DNA from: Octopus vulgaris
Lineage: Eukaryota
Assembly (NCBI GenBank): GCA_951406725.2
Contig: OX597819.1
Location: forward strand, 108,810,001-108,874,000
Direction: 5' to 3'
DNA length: 64,000 bases
Position 1 is the first letter of the stretch; each line of letters opens with the position of its first letter. Below the pieces are notes generated by a model, which ran no database searches, was not told the origin of the DNA, and saw only the letters and a list, made by a program, of their open reading frames with translations. Positions 63,705 to 64,000 of the stretch are shown here, one piece after another. Made by a program: the position numbers and the translations under genes.

Positions 63705-64000
63705 TGTACTGCTCACTCTATTGTCTCTGCAGCTGCTCAGTCTGCTTGAGGTAGCTATGTAGATGCTCATTTTGCTATGTATGCAGCTGGTGAGCCTGTT
63801 TGATATGGTTATATGGCTACTCAGTCTGACAAAAGTATCAATTCCTCGTCATCAGACTAATTATACATATTGTTTTTAAAATAGAGAAACACACAAGTAA
63901 TCACATGATTTCAGTGCTAAATCTTATGATAGCATGAATGTCATAGTATTTCATTTCTGTCATCAACAAAGGAGCCTCTGTGTGGTTGCTTGAGTAGCTA

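Larger units (their letters stand above)
61830..63830. repeat. Degenerate ~24-bp minisatellite (CTCAGTCTGTTATCTATGTAGCTG-like) interrupted by a SINE and two MITEs
   Basis: CTCAGTCTGT / CAGTC motif recurs at 23-24 bp spacing from ~61830 to 62940 and again at 63705-63830. Confidence 0.8.

Overview
This is AT-rich, microsatellite-rich eukaryotic DNA. The SINE families, decayed C2H2 zinc-finger array and (TA)/(CA) tracts point to an octopus or other cephalopod genome (inference). I can support one intact host gene: a five-exon 14-3-3 epsilon (YWHAE-like) gene on the minus strand (CDS 23526 to 8641, 256 aa, all GT-AG introns) with a probable ~3.4 kb, transposon-poor 3' UTR. The rest is mostly mobile DNA: four tRNA-derived or related SINE families, a near-full-length R4/Dong-type RLE LINE, CR1/L2 and RTE fragments, a full-length decayed mariner, hAT remnants, MITEs, Penelope-like element (PLE) remnants and a C2H2-ZNF pseudogene. 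The most interesting signal is a set of hammerhead ribozyme (HHR) motifs from five unrelated repeat families. One belongs to an element with a tRNA/Pol III head, an (AAT)n linker, a minimal HHR tail and an inverted copy of its own 3' end upstream. This looks like a SINE mobilised by Penelope-like elements. One copy is split by the R4/Dong LINE, which inserted into its (AAT)n linker. All alignments and folds were done by eye, and repeat boundaries are approximate.
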